From: Thermoprotei archaeon
GTDB lineage: Archaea; Thermoproteota; Thermoprotei; QMSL01
Assembly (NCBI GenBank): GCA_003650925.1
Contig: QMSP01000003.1
Span: 19,446-83,445, forward strand
Direction: 5' to 3'
Length of the DNA stretch: 64,000 bases
Position 1 is the first letter of the stretch; the number at the start of each line of letters is the position of its first letter. The notes under the pieces are model-generated. The model was given only the letters and a program-made list of their open reading frames with translations, was not told the origin of the DNA and made no database searches. A program made the translations under genes and the position numbers. This document shows, in pieces, positions 55,701 to 64,000 of the stretch.

Positions 55701-57437
55701 ATATGTTGATGCAAGCCATACTCTAACAAGAGCTCTTGGGATCTTGGAGAACCAGCCTTTGCTTATGTTGTATGTCCAGACAATACCTTTAAGAGTAACG
55801 AAGCCAGCACTCCACACCTGATAGCTGCCCACTTGGAACCACTGGAATCTCCTTGGCTTTATCAAGCTCCAGTCCAGCCCTAGCTTGGGTTCATATATCA
55901 CACAACACAGCACTGGCAGAGCCTGTATAACTAGCTTCTTTAGATTTTCCATGTTCACATAGGCACGGTCATCAAGAGGAGTATTCCAGTGCACTCTATA
56001 GGCATGTGCTGTCCTAAGGGTTATTGAAGGTAGTCCTGCCACAGCCAGAGGCTCGCTATCTATCATGTAGGGTGATGGGCTTCTTCCCCACCAGCCATAT
56101 TGAGTTATGAAGTCCTTGGTGCCCATTATTATGCTCACGCCGTACAAGGACTTGGCAACTTGCTCAACTGCATAGATCCATCTGCTATAGAGCCTCCTCA
56201 GTGGCTCCCATCTAGTGACCACGTATTGGCCTTCCCAATGTATAGCGTAACGATAGAAACAGCCTGCATGGAGTATGTCAAGTTCGTCAGAGTCCGTTGA
56301 GAAGTCCAGGTTGATCTGAGTCCAGACCTTATAGTTCTCCTTTTGTATCAAGTCATCGAATAGCACATATTCAACGAATTCCCTAGGACCAGCCAAGGCT
56401 TCCCAATGCCCTGAGAAGGCTACAAACATAAGGCTTCTTGGCGGTGGATTCTCAGAGAAGTATCGAGCAAGCTCAAGGAGAACAGCTATACTGGTTGCTT
56501 CATCAACTCCTCTCGAGAACGCTAGAACAGGGCTCCAGCTATCATAGTGAGCACTTATAATTATTATTTCATCAGGTGTCTCAGTGCCCTTGATCAGGCC
56601 TATGACATTGTAGGCTTCAACCTCTCTATAGAAGACTCTGGAAACTACTCTGACCTCAACCTTACCATGCTCCTTAAGCAGCTTGAGAAGCTGAGCTCCT
56701 ACGTCTGAGGTTACATATACTCGAGGAGTATATAGCGGAGTTATCAGGATCTTAGCCAGAGAGTCGAGCCTTGTAGCGTGTGGAGTCTCCATGAATATAA
56801 CTGCTTTGGCTCCAAGCTTGAAGGCATTAAGCCACTTTCTTCCACAATCATACCTAAGCATCACTATAGCTCCTTCAATACGTTTGCCATTGAAATCCTC
56901 TAGGTCTCCATCATCAGCGTAAACCAATGTTCCTCTAAGCCCTTCTGGTGGTGTTGGAGAAGTCTGTATTGAATTAGGCCACATTGAATAGGCCTTTAAC
57001 CTCATTCTCACAGGGCTTATTACTTCTATGTAACACTCCTCTTCGACAGGAGCTACCACCTTATACTTCTGGAAGTACCCATCTAGTCTCTCAAGCAGTC
57101 TCTCGGATTTGAAGCCGAATTCCTTAGGCGTTATTAATCCATATTCCTCAAACTTCTCAGCGATGTATTCGGCAACCTCCCTAAGGCCAGGCTGACCTGG
57201 TATTCTACTGCCAGCCTTCTCTATTACGGAGAGGTGCTCAGCCACTCTATCATAGTCTATACTCTTCACGACCTTCTCATATATTGACCTTATCTCCTCC
57301 TCGGGTACTTGACCATAGTTCCCCCTGATGCTAACCGATGTCACCAAGGATGTCATTGCAATAGATGAAATGAGCATTATAGCCAATAGTAGGATGAGCA
57401 TACGGTCTTTGACTCTAAGACTCTTAACGTCAAGCAT
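52773..57437 (-). CDS. Giant (1554 aa) membrane fusion protein: signal/TM, M28-peptidase-like plus PA ectodomain, polytopic middle region, and a C-terminal MacB/FtsX-type permease module.
   Basis: N-terminal TM (LILLLAIMLISSIAM). M28-like HxD and Asp motifs (IISAHYDSW, GVDEATSIAVLLEL, FSGHWE). A MacB-like N-terminal helix …VENMRKRKLRTTLVLATIIAIAIGLTS…, a large extracytoplasmic segment and a C-terminal FtsX three-TM bundle (…LLLGWNLVSVILAIGIANIVVTMLGAVKERVREIFTYSSLGLSPIGVASMFVSETLVYAILGALVGYIIG…). No ABC ATPase lies nearby. Confidence 0.65.
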   Translation of the reverse strand: MLDVKSLRVKDRMLILLLAIMLISSIAMTSLVTSVSIRGNYGQVPEEEIRSIYEKVVKSIDYDRVAEHLSVIEKAGSRIPGQPGLREVAEYIAEKFEEYGLITPKEFGFKSERLLERLDGYFQKYKVVAPVEEECYIEVISPVRMRLKAYSMWPNSIQTSPTPPEGLRGTLVYADDGDLEDFNGKRIEGAIVMLRYDCGRKWLNAFKLGAKAVIFMETPHATRLDSLAKILITPLYTPRVYVTSDVGAQLLKLLKEHGKVEVRVVSRVFYREVEAYNVIGLIKGTETPDEIIIISAHYDSWSPVLAFSRGVDEATSIAVLLELARYFSENPPPRSLMFVAFSGHWEALAGPREFVEYVLFDDLIQKENYKVWTQINLDFSTDSDELDILHAGCFYRYAIHWEGQYVVTRWEPLRRLYSRWIYAVEQVAKSLYGVSIIMGTKDFITQYGWWGRSPSPYMIDSEPLAVAGLPSITLRTAHAYRVHWNTPLDDRAYVNMENLKKLVIQALPVLCCVIYEPKLGLDWSLIKPRRFQWFQVGSYQVWSAGFVTLKGIVWTYNISKGWFSKIPRALVRVWLASTYPFSQIIVYADENGDFIVHGLCPTPSIDAGWAPVLPAEVPRGIGWYVDAWVVDENTGEIIYAPDYGQYGIKFVNFKLWLLGGTAEAATVVMPACTITLYDVIDPKLMRRIYIPDPRLNAEEFLLESFIITPYDFESRSIYIWYGTMYSQNEEVAMVFLLPRTRSFVVMSAGPGLPRTVAFVVNASDEYPEGSGIELGYKIRSYSIPFTAYRYAYDMYTVARHRYNTLASKLVRSLSAEEVLKEAKRHLELAEEYYRNMEYDKAYREAYLAWTWSVRAYEEVMSLINDTANTTIAFFALMIPFVFFFERLLFHSEGRRRLLVTIALSIVLVFIFYNMHPGLSIISNAFMGFMGILLEVFFIITLAILFDEVNRIMKEVALKLKGLHKPETGTVGIMMLAFSVAVENMRKRKLRTTLVLATIIAIAIGLTSITSASYYTTVKRVAVPKAAAPPEEAVYAGVFLKRQYCVPYDIFDHHLIEYAEGLAGDYAIVCPRVWYYPETELPSEGPKAILRHGENIYAVRALLGMRAEEVKIIFKDVLIGEGFREDDYYACILEKYVAEKLNVTIGDVIEWAGIKLKVMGIFDGSILGSVVDLDNRAITPVDPITVQPLCRFVAPPQVPAPTTLSWSSVLIVPWRLALDLGGYVANVAIRLKPEVIEANRDLAKEVLHKMAWDAAMCLDVEVFMGWEGVVHKLSRITVFLLLGWNLVSVILAIGIANIVVTMLGAVKERVREIFTYSSLGLSPIGVASMFVSETLVYAILGALVGYIIGFYTNLVFISTGLLPGYFVLNYSSLFVLVAIACIILATLTSAAYPASIAAKMVTPSLERRWKPPTKPRGDEWDIPLPLRVPSRKEALGVIEYLREYFEGEGRETRTFMVRELKGIQYDKNALLLIVGLAPYEMQVNQEVAISASLLPEEKRYAFSLHLRRISGARSIWVSSNYYFIDSIRKQLLLWRSLPSKEQAKYIERAEKALHS

Positions 57438-57493
57438 CCTAAGAACCTCCTAGGATAATAAAAGATTAAAAGAATTTAAAAAGGTTGTTTTGT

Positions 57494-59563
57494 CTAGACT
57501 AGCCTAGCCCAGAACATTGGCCAAGCTCTTAGGCAGAACTGTAACACTGCTGTTATGAAGAAGTTGAATCCATAGCCCATTGCGAAGCCTATAGCAGCAG
57601 GTACAGCTCTCTCCTCATATAGCTTGGCGCCGCCTACTCTGAACACTATCACCTTGATTATTAGAGCTATTAGGCAGTTTAGCCACATCCACTCCATGAC
57701 GAACAGTGTCATCATCATGGCTACTGGGTTCCAGAAGAACCATGGGAACCTCATTCTCAGTAGGTATACTATTATGACAAACACTATACCAGTCCACGTT
57801 AGGTGTATGTACTCAGGTATGGTGAACTCAGGTGTTGTGAGTGTGTAGTTCTGAGCCCAGCCTAGAGCCCATTCGTGATAAGGCACTGGGCCTAGCTTGC
57901 TTAGACCTCCAAGGTGATGTATCCACCATAGGCCAAATACATGAGTCCATATTCCAGCTACGATGGCAGTTATTATCATTGCCCAAAATACATCAGCAGC
58001 TCTCACCTTGTTGACCTCAGCAACCTTGTACATGTAGATGGTGGTCCTTATGTTGAAGGGTGATAGCCTTGGGCCTGCGTTTCCTAGAGCGCATACTAGG
58101 AATATCGACTTTATCATGGTTGGATCAGTTGTTGGTATGGCTGGAGCTCCTAGCATTGCATAGACATATGGTGTGCCAAATAGCTGGTATACTGTGTAGT
58201 GCCTCCATAGCTCTGCTGAACCTCTTATGTTGGCTATCTGGAATAGCCAGTATGTTAGCAGGACGAATATAGCAACGTGCACAGGGACTCCAGAGCCTAC
58301 CCACATTGCTAGCCAGAGTAGGCAGAGTATTATAGTACCCCATGCTACAAGCCTATACGATACGCCCTGCTCCTTGATGTCCTCCTTGCCAAAGGCACAC
58401 TTGAAGATGGTTGCGAGGTGCTTGTAGGTGGTTATCAGAACCCATACGCCTATTCCCAGAGTTATACCGCTTGTAGCCCAGTACCAGTACTTGAAGGGAC
58501 CGTTTCTTCCATAGTAGCCAGCCATGATGCCCATGTACATACTCTCTACGCCAGGCCTGTACTCCAGTATGCCTAGCTTGACTCCTACGACTGGGTATAG
58601 GAAGGCGAATATGAACCAGGTCAGCACAGTAGTGGCGAGTATATCAAGTGGACATAGGAAGAATATTGGTATCTCTGGTATCATCAGATAAGCAAATGCG
58701 AAGCCTCCTGGGAATAGAGTAGTTGTGTATGGTGATAGGTCTACAGGCTGTGTGCTCCACTCAGTGCTTGGTGGAATGGCTGGTATGAAGTATCTGAATA
58801 CGTCTGGCAGGGTTCCTAGGAAGCCTAATATGAAGAACACCCAGAACAGCTTATTCCTTGGTATCCTAAGGTCAAACAGCTTCGTCCTGTTCTTCTCAGG
58901 GTCTATTTCACTAGCCCACTGAATTAGATAAGCAGTTGGTAGTACAGCTGGGAATGGAAGCCTCTCAACTTCAATGAAGGGCTTTCTAAGCATGAAGCCC
59001 CAGAAGTAGCCAGTTATGGTCCATAGTAGGAAGAACAGTATCCAGTAGACCAAGGATGGACCCCAAGCTCCCCATGGAACTTCGCCTATGCCTACGTTCT
59101 CCCTAGCCCAGGCCAAGCCGTACCAAGCAGCATCTACGATGTTCTTGTCCTTAGGTATCCAGAACTCGGGAATTATATCCCACCAAGCCTTATAGGGATC
59201 GTTCTCGGCAGCGTATAATGGCATGAAGAAGTGATAAGTGGGAACACAAGATATGCCCCATAGTAGCTGACCATACTGGATGTAAGTGACACCAGCGCAC
59301 ATTAAGCATGTTGTAGTTAGTACGGTTAGCTCAGCTGCGGTAAGCCTCCACTTGGGATTCACCCATCCTAAGAGCTCAGATACTATGATCACTAGGATTA
59401 TTGGCGGTGGTAATACTCCTGGGAAAGCCCACCATTCAGTTAGCGTCTGGATCCAGAAGTTGCCAACGAACGATGCCAATATTACTACTATCATCCAGAA
59501 GAGCACTCTGGGAGTCAATCCTCTCTGTAGCTCCTCCTTAGGAGCCTCGCTCATAAATATCAC
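57494..59563 (-). CDS. Polytopic membrane protein (689 aa), a paralog of the divergent gene and possibly OPT-superfamily-like.
   Basis: At least 14 hydrophobic segments. It shares the FIEVERLPFPAV motif with 59719..61650 (FIEVEKLPFPFA) and an N-terminal LT-x-R. It sits 57 bp upstream of the giant gene on the same strand. Confidence 0.55.
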   Translation of the reverse strand: MIFMSEAPKEELQRGLTPRVLFWMIVVILASFVGNFWIQTLTEWWAFPGVLPPPIILVIIVSELLGWVNPKWRLTAAELTVLTTTCLMCAGVTYIQYGQLLWGISCVPTYHFFMPLYAAENDPYKAWWDIIPEFWIPKDKNIVDAAWYGLAWARENVGIGEVPWGAWGPSLVYWILFFLLWTITGYFWGFMLRKPFIEVERLPFPAVLPTAYLIQWASEIDPEKNRTKLFDLRIPRNKLFWVFFILGFLGTLPDVFRYFIPAIPPSTEWSTQPVDLSPYTTTLFPGGFAFAYLMIPEIPIFFLCPLDILATTVLTWFIFAFLYPVVGVKLGILEYRPGVESMYMGIMAGYYGRNGPFKYWYWATSGITLGIGVWVLITTYKHLATIFKCAFGKEDIKEQGVSYRLVAWGTIILCLLWLAMWVGSGVPVHVAIFVLLTYWLFQIANIRGSAELWRHYTVYQLFGTPYVYAMLGAPAIPTTDPTMIKSIFLVCALGNAGPRLSPFNIRTTIYMYKVAEVNKVRAADVFWAMIITAIVAGIWTHVFGLWWIHHLGGLSKLGPVPYHEWALGWAQNYTLTTPEFTIPEYIHLTWTGIVFVIIVYLLRMRFPWFFWNPVAMMMTLFVMEWMWLNCLIALIIKVIVFRVGGAKLYEERAVPAAIGFAMGYGFNFFITAVLQFCLRAWPMFWARLV

Positions 59564-59718
59564 CAGATATGGTCGTTAAAAATTTATATTTGAACTCTAA
59601 ATTTAAGCACTCTCCTTACTACTGTTTTTAAGTTTAAACGAGTTTAGAGTTTCGATGTTTAAGTTCTAAAGGCTAAAAAGTCCTTTCCAGCAATAATTTC
59701 GTATCGGTGTGATAGGAC
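59564..59718. promoter_or_regulatory. AT-rich divergent promoter region between the paralogous membrane-protein genes, with an inverted repeat AACTCTAAA/TTTAGAGTT.
   Basis: GAACTCTAAATTT…GAGTTTAGAGTTTCG and a GTTTAAAC palindrome were seen directly. Confidence 0.3.
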
Positions 59719-61650
59719 ATGGAATCAAGAGAAGGTGTTGTACTGAAGCCTGGCCTTACATGGAGATCAATCATGGCCATCATGTATGCCTCTTTAGTCT
59801 TCCTGCCAGTGGCCATATATATGCAATTAGTAGCAGGCACTACAGTACTCGTTGCAGCCGCCTACATAACAGCAATACTATTCAGTGAGTTCTCTAGAGT
59901 ATTAGGTGCGCCTCTCACGAAACAGGAGCTCTTCATAGTCTATGAAATGACCTTGATAGCTGCAAGCGCTGCAGTGTTTACAGGCATGTTGTTCAAAGGC
60001 TATCTCGCTACTTCCCCCATGTCTTGGTCATTCGTAGTGCAAGGAAGACCACTTCCAGAAATAGTGCCCTCATGGTGGGCTCCAACACATGGCTCGCCTG
60101 TGTACAAGTTAAGGACGTTAATGCATCCTGACTGGGCGCTGCCCATCCTATTAGCTTGTCTTCAATATGGTGCCTTTTATCTACTTGAGGAGATAGCTCT
60201 ATCAATGTTCCTGGCCTATCTATTCATTGAGGTTGAGAAGCTTCCATTCCCCTTTGCATCCATAGATGCATCCATGGTAACGGCTCTTAGTGAAAGAAGA
60301 CCTGGAATGCTAAGAGTATTCGCTATAAGTGCCATTCCAGGATTGATAATAGGTGGCCTCGTATTCCTACCTAACATAATGGGCACACCGCTAGTTCCAC
60401 TTCCTTGGTTTGATGCGACATTCTTCACGGAGAAGTACATGCCTGGAGCTATGATAGGATTTGGCACAGACCCTTCATTAATAGTTACAGGATTTCTAGT
60501 GCCGTTTACATCAGCCTTCTACATGCTCATAGGCAGCTTGGCAGTATGGGTTTTTGGCAACTACTTTACCCTGACTACATTCGCAAGCGCCTTTCCAGAA
60601 TGGGTTGCAGAATACTCCAAGGGCATGACTATAGCTGCTATCTATCAGAGGTCTCTTCTTCGAGTGTGGATTTGTCCTCAAATAGGCTTTGTCCTAGCTT
60701 TAGCAACCCTAGTTGTGCTCAGAACTATAAAGCCCATAATTAGAGCCTTCAAGGCATTCACAAAGATTTCATTAAGAGCTAAAGTAGGAGCAGGATACTT
60801 GCCTCTTCCAGTAATAGTGGGCATGTACTTGGCTGGAACTCTGGGCTCTGTCTTCACATTTATGTTGCTAGTCAGAGATTGGCCTTGGGGATACATATGG
60901 ATACCACTTGCCCTTTCCCTTGGCTTCAGCTTCTTCCAAGGTTTGGCTTGTGTAAGAGCTATAGGAGAGACTGGCTATTCCATCTACTTCCCCTATGTCT
61001 GGCATATATCGGTGTACGCTACAGGCTACTCGGGCTTCGCAGCTTGGGAGTTCCCACCAGTGATAGGCGGCTCATATGTCCCACCTGTAGGTGGTGCTCC
61101 CTCATGGGTTAATATGATAAAGGCGGCCTATTTGACTGAGACAAGGCCAATGGACTTCTTCAAAGCACTACTCATAACCGTGATAGTGTACCACATATTC
61201 AGCTTCATCTACGTTGACTTCTTCTGGAGGATGGCACCCATACCATCAATAATATACCCATTCGTCCAAATACAGTGGCCAGCCATGGTGATAATGGAAG
61301 GAGCTTGGATCACGAGGCAAATCGGCGTCAAGGCTCACCTGATAATGCAGTCCTATGCCGCTATGTTGGGTATATGCATAGCAGGAGAGCTGGCCTCTAG
61401 GTATTTGGGAGTTCCGTTCTCAGCTGTAGGCTTAGTCACAGGAACAGCGTGGTTGCCTCCCACAATGATACCTGTGTTCATAGGATCCGCCTTAAGCAGA
61501 TTCGTATTTCGTAGAGTTTTCGGCAGAGAGTTATGGGATGAGTACAGAGCGGTCGTGGTGGCAGGCTTCCTCTGTGGGCAGAGCATAATAGTAGGCATAG
61601 GAGTAGCTGCTTCGCTTATAGCTAGAGCGACTTGGGTATGGCCCTATTGA
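59719..61650 (+). CDS. Polytopic membrane protein (643 aa), a paralog of 57494..59563.
   Basis: Shares the FIEVEKLPFPFASIDA motif and the overall TM layout with the divergent gene. Confidence 0.55.
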   Translation: MESREGVVLKPGLTWRSIMAIMYASLVFLPVAIYMQLVAGTTVLVAAAYITAILFSEFSRVLGAPLTKQELFIVYEMTLIAASAAVFTGMLFKGYLATSPMSWSFVVQGRPLPEIVPSWWAPTHGSPVYKLRTLMHPDWALPILLACLQYGAFYLLEEIALSMFLAYLFIEVEKLPFPFASIDASMVTALSERRPGMLRVFAISAIPGLIIGGLVFLPNIMGTPLVPLPWFDATFFTEKYMPGAMIGFGTDPSLIVTGFLVPFTSAFYMLIGSLAVWVFGNYFTLTTFASAFPEWVAEYSKGMTIAAIYQRSLLRVWICPQIGFVLALATLVVLRTIKPIIRAFKAFTKISLRAKVGAGYLPLPVIVGMYLAGTLGSVFTFMLLVRDWPWGYIWIPLALSLGFSFFQGLACVRAIGETGYSIYFPYVWHISVYATGYSGFAAWEFPPVIGGSYVPPVGGAPSWVNMIKAAYLTETRPMDFFKALLITVIVYHIFSFIYVDFFWRMAPIPSIIYPFVQIQWPAMVIMEGAWITRQIGVKAHLIMQSYAAMLGICIAGELASRYLGVPFSAVGLVTGTAWLPPTMIPVFIGSALSRFVFRRVFGRELWDEYRAVVVAGFLCGQSIIVGIGVAASLIARATWVWPY

Positions 61651-61712
61651 TATTAAAAACAGGAATTTTAGGTGTCTGGGGTAAAAGTCTCCATCTCTTA
61701 GCCAGACTCCTC

Positions 61713-62792
61713 CTACTCAAGAGGTAGCTTGATAGGTCTACCTTCAGCTGATGATCTGAGGGCAGCTTCGGCTATCTCTAGGGCCCTGAGACCTTCTACT
61801 TCATTTATCTCAGGCCTCTTGTCCTCTATTATGCACTTGATGAAGTATTCTAGCTCCCTCTTGTACATGAGCTTCCAGTCCTCCTCCATCCTCAACTGCT
61901 CATAGGGACCATCAGCTATCCTGATCTTCATGACCCCGCTTAAATATCCTTCCACAGCCACAGTGCCTTTCTCGCCAACTACTCCCCATGAGTCCCAGCT
62001 ATGTGTGCCAGACCAGCTCTGTATGAGAGTTGATATGGTGCCCTCCTTGTGAATACATACTACTGATGCGTTATCCTCAATCGTTATGCCCGACTGTACA
62101 GTCATGACCTTAGCGTAGACAGTATCTACATCTCCAGCGAACCATCGAAAAGCATCGAATGCATGAACTGCATTTTCAACTAACATGCCACCACTTATGG
62201 TCTTGTCCTTAAGCCATGGAGCTGGGGGTAATGGCCATACACAGACTCTCCATATGTTAACAGGTCTTCCAAGTCTTCCACTATCTATTAGCTCCTTGAC
62301 GTGCTTGAACATTGAGTGGAATCTGAGGCAGAAGCCCACCATACACTTGACGCCAGCCTTCTTTATAGCGTCCACTACCTCTTTAGCATCCTTTACATTG
62401 GTGGTAATGGGCTTCTCCACAAATACATGTTTACCTGCCCTGGCAGCATTTATCACTTGATCCTTATGAGTAAGAGGTGGCGTAGCTATGAGGACAGCGT
62501 CTACCTCAGGCATTTCAAGCACTTTATGATAGTCAGTATAGTACTTCTCAACTTTGAACTGCTCAGCAGTTTTTCTTGCCTTCTCCTCAACTACATCACA
62601 TACAGCTACGACTTCTACGTCAGGGATCTCTGTCAGAGAAGGCAAGTGAACACTTGTCGATATGAAACCACAGCCTATAACAGCCATTTTCACTCTTGCC
62701 ACGTTACCACCATAAATAACAAGATGAGGTTTCAATTTAACTCTTAGTGAAGTACTCCCAAGGCCTTTTGATGAACTCTCTAATCCTCTCAA
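61713..62792 (-). CDS. Gfo/Idh/MocA-family NAD(P)-dependent oxidoreductase.
   Basis: N-terminal Rossmann MAVIGCGFISTSVHLPSL and the EKP motif (VFVEKPIT). Confidence 0.75.
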   Translation of the reverse strand: MRGLESSSKGLGSTSLRVKLKPHLVIYGGNVARVKMAVIGCGFISTSVHLPSLTEIPDVEVVAVCDVVEEKARKTAEQFKVEKYYTDYHKVLEMPEVDAVLIATPPLTHKDQVINAARAGKHVFVEKPITTNVKDAKEVVDAIKKAGVKCMVGFCLRFHSMFKHVKELIDSGRLGRPVNIWRVCVWPLPPAPWLKDKTISGGMLVENAVHAFDAFRWFAGDVDTVYAKVMTVQSGITIEDNASVVCIHKEGTISTLIQSWSGTHSWDSWGVVGEKGTVAVEGYLSGVMKIRIADGPYEQLRMEEDWKLMYKRELEYFIKCIIEDKRPEINEVEGLRALEIAEAALRSSAEGRPIKLPLE

Positions 62793-63987
62793 TAATCTCC
62801 TCCGATAATTCCCTTCCTACGTTTTGTGAGACAGGACAGACCTTAAGGCAAGCATTACAGCTTAGACAAAGATCATCTTTTATCAGGGCTTGATCCTTAA
62901 GTATTATAGCCTCTCTTGGACAGCGTTCCACACAAAAGCCGCAAGCCACGCATAGTAATGCTCTTACTATGACCTGAATTGTGTTCTGAACTATGGTCTC
63001 CACAATATCGATAGGGGATGTGATTTTTATGCTTCTCTCCGCAATCTCAACTCTAGAATTCTGGTAATTCAGAACAACTGAATGATGGCCAACTTCATAG
63101 CATGAGGTAAAGGAAACTATAATGTTTGATACTCTCTTCAGATCAAGAGGTTGACTAGGCCTCAGGCTTATGGTCAACGTATCCCGGCTTGAGATGACTT
63201 GCTCGATACTCATGTGTATGGGTAAGGCCCTTAGCTTCATTTTCTCAACATTAAACCTCATGTTCTCTAGAAAGCGCCTCATATCCCCCGGCAACCTATG
63301 CCATCTCCATAATGAGAACCTCATCCACAGAGGATGAAGCCCATGTCTCTCAGCCCATCGATTAAGAGCCTTCTCCCACATCTCCCAAAGAGCTGGATAG
63401 TACATTTTAACCAGCTCTAGCTCGGCTAGTTCACAGGCAGGACATAGCCAACAGCCTACTCTATCAAATCCTTTGAAGTATAGTGGATTAGGCCTTAATC
63501 CTTCCTTAATGATATATATCCACACGTCTAGTGAGGTCCATTCATTGATAGGAGCTATGACATGAGAAGTGGGCAATATCTTGCTCCTAGTGAGTATAGG
63601 CATCCTTGCTCTAGCTGCAGACTCGTATTTGCGCTGACCTACAATGCTTATGTTGCCTTCAGGAAACTGCCTTTTTAGATACCTGACCATAGGAGCTAAT
63701 TTGCACACTTTACAGCACCATCTGTAGTCTCTAGCTGGAGGTCCCAGAATCTCCATAGCTCTGAAGAATATATTGCCTGCCTGAGCTCTTGCGATCTCTA
63801 CGCCAAGGCCATCAGCGACGTGATCTATGCTGGCATAAGTCTCAGGAAGCTCAAGTCCTGTATCGCTGAATAACGCCTTCACATCCCCCAAGAATCTAAG
63901 TGCCAGATGCAAAGCTACGAGGCTGTCCTTGCCTCCTGAGAACGATACCACGAAGGGCTTTCTGTATTTGGTAGCTTCTTCAAACAC
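62737..63987 (-). CDS. PAPS-reductase/PP-loop ATP-pyrophosphatase family protein with a C-terminal 2x[4Fe-4S] ferredoxin domain.
   Basis: PP-loop VVSFSGGKDS. C-terminal CVACGFCVERCP and CLSCNACLKVCP. Confidence 0.65.
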   Translation of the reverse strand: MFEEATKYRKPFVVSFSGGKDSLVALHLALRFLGDVKALFSDTGLELPETYASIDHVADGLGVEIARAQAGNIFFRAMEILGPPARDYRWCCKVCKLAPMVRYLKRQFPEGNISIVGQRKYESAARARMPILTRSKILPTSHVIAPINEWTSLDVWIYIIKEGLRPNPLYFKGFDRVGCWLCPACELAELELVKMYYPALWEMWEKALNRWAERHGLHPLWMRFSLWRWHRLPGDMRRFLENMRFNVEKMKLRALPIHMSIEQVISSRDTLTISLRPSQPLDLKRVSNIIVSFTSCYEVGHHSVVLNYQNSRVEIAERSIKITSPIDIVETIVQNTIQVIVRALLCVACGFCVERCPREAIILKDQALIKDDLCLSCNACLKVCPVSQNVGRELSEEIIERIREFIKRPWEYFTKS

Positions 63988-64000
63988 AGCTTCAGCATAT

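Noticed and set aside
52773-57437. Whether the giant membrane protein is an AglB/STT3 oligosaccharyltransferase.
   Set aside because: No WWDYG-type motif is present, and there is no STT3-like arrangement of 13 N-terminal TMs plus a C-terminal soluble domain. The C-terminal module is clearly FtsX/MacB-like instead.
1-64000. Search for CRISPR arrays, cas genes, transposases or IS elements, integrases, tRNA and rRNA genes.
   Set aside because: No regularly spaced direct repeats, no DDE or serine/tyrosine recombinase ORFs, and no rRNA-like or convincing tRNA-like sequence in intergenic gaps. The window looks like core chromosome, apart from the loci flagged.

Overview
This window reads as a compact, gene-dense archaeal chromosome segment, probably from a hyperthermophilic crenarchaeon of the Desulfurococcales or Thermoproteales type. 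The evidence for that assignment is the overlapping operonic genes, an archaeal-type TrpRS and SHMT, a split pyrK/pyrD, a NurA-HerA pair and T-rich terminators. Most genes are housekeeping. They include trpS, a complete de novo pyrimidine cluster in two divergent operons (pyrF-pyrE-pyrB-pyrI and pyrK-pyrC-pyrD), thrC, thrB, a cystathionine-gamma-synthase-like enzyme, glyA, UDP-glucose dehydrogenase with UDP-xylose synthase and a third epimerase, a binding-protein-dependent sugar ABC uptake system, TatD, RNA methyltransferases and radical SAM enzymes. No rRNA, convincing tRNA, CRISPR array or transposase was found. Four regions are not explained by housekeeping. (1) At 51.8-61.7 kb a minus-strand operon encodes a 1554-aa fusion protein with an N-terminal M28/PA peptidase ectodomain, a polytopic core and a C-terminal MacB/FtsX-type permease module, with no ABC ATPase nearby. 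It is followed by three tiny ORFs of extreme Trp/Tyr/Pro-rich composition sitting on a CCATGG repeat cluster, and flanked by two divergent paralogous 640-690 aa polytopic membrane proteins (possibly OPT-like). (2) At 17.3-20.9 kb an orphan NurA-HerA nuclease/ATPase pair lacking Mre11/Rad50 is divergently paired with a Csa3-like CARF-wHTH regulator across an intergenic region carrying a 27-bp imperfect inverted repeat. (3) At 49.1-51.8 kb there is a DUF134 / RGG-tailed zinc-ribbon / tandem MinD-ferredoxin ATPase / NifX-like cluster. (4) At 6.3-12.2 kb a V4R protein, a RACo-like ferredoxin-ASKHA ATPase, a radical SAM enzyme, a TldD-like protease and a dual-HTH protein form a cluster. Small unannotated candidates include an RpoP-like zinc-ribbon ORF, an acidic mini-ORF and a possible C/D-box sRNA.
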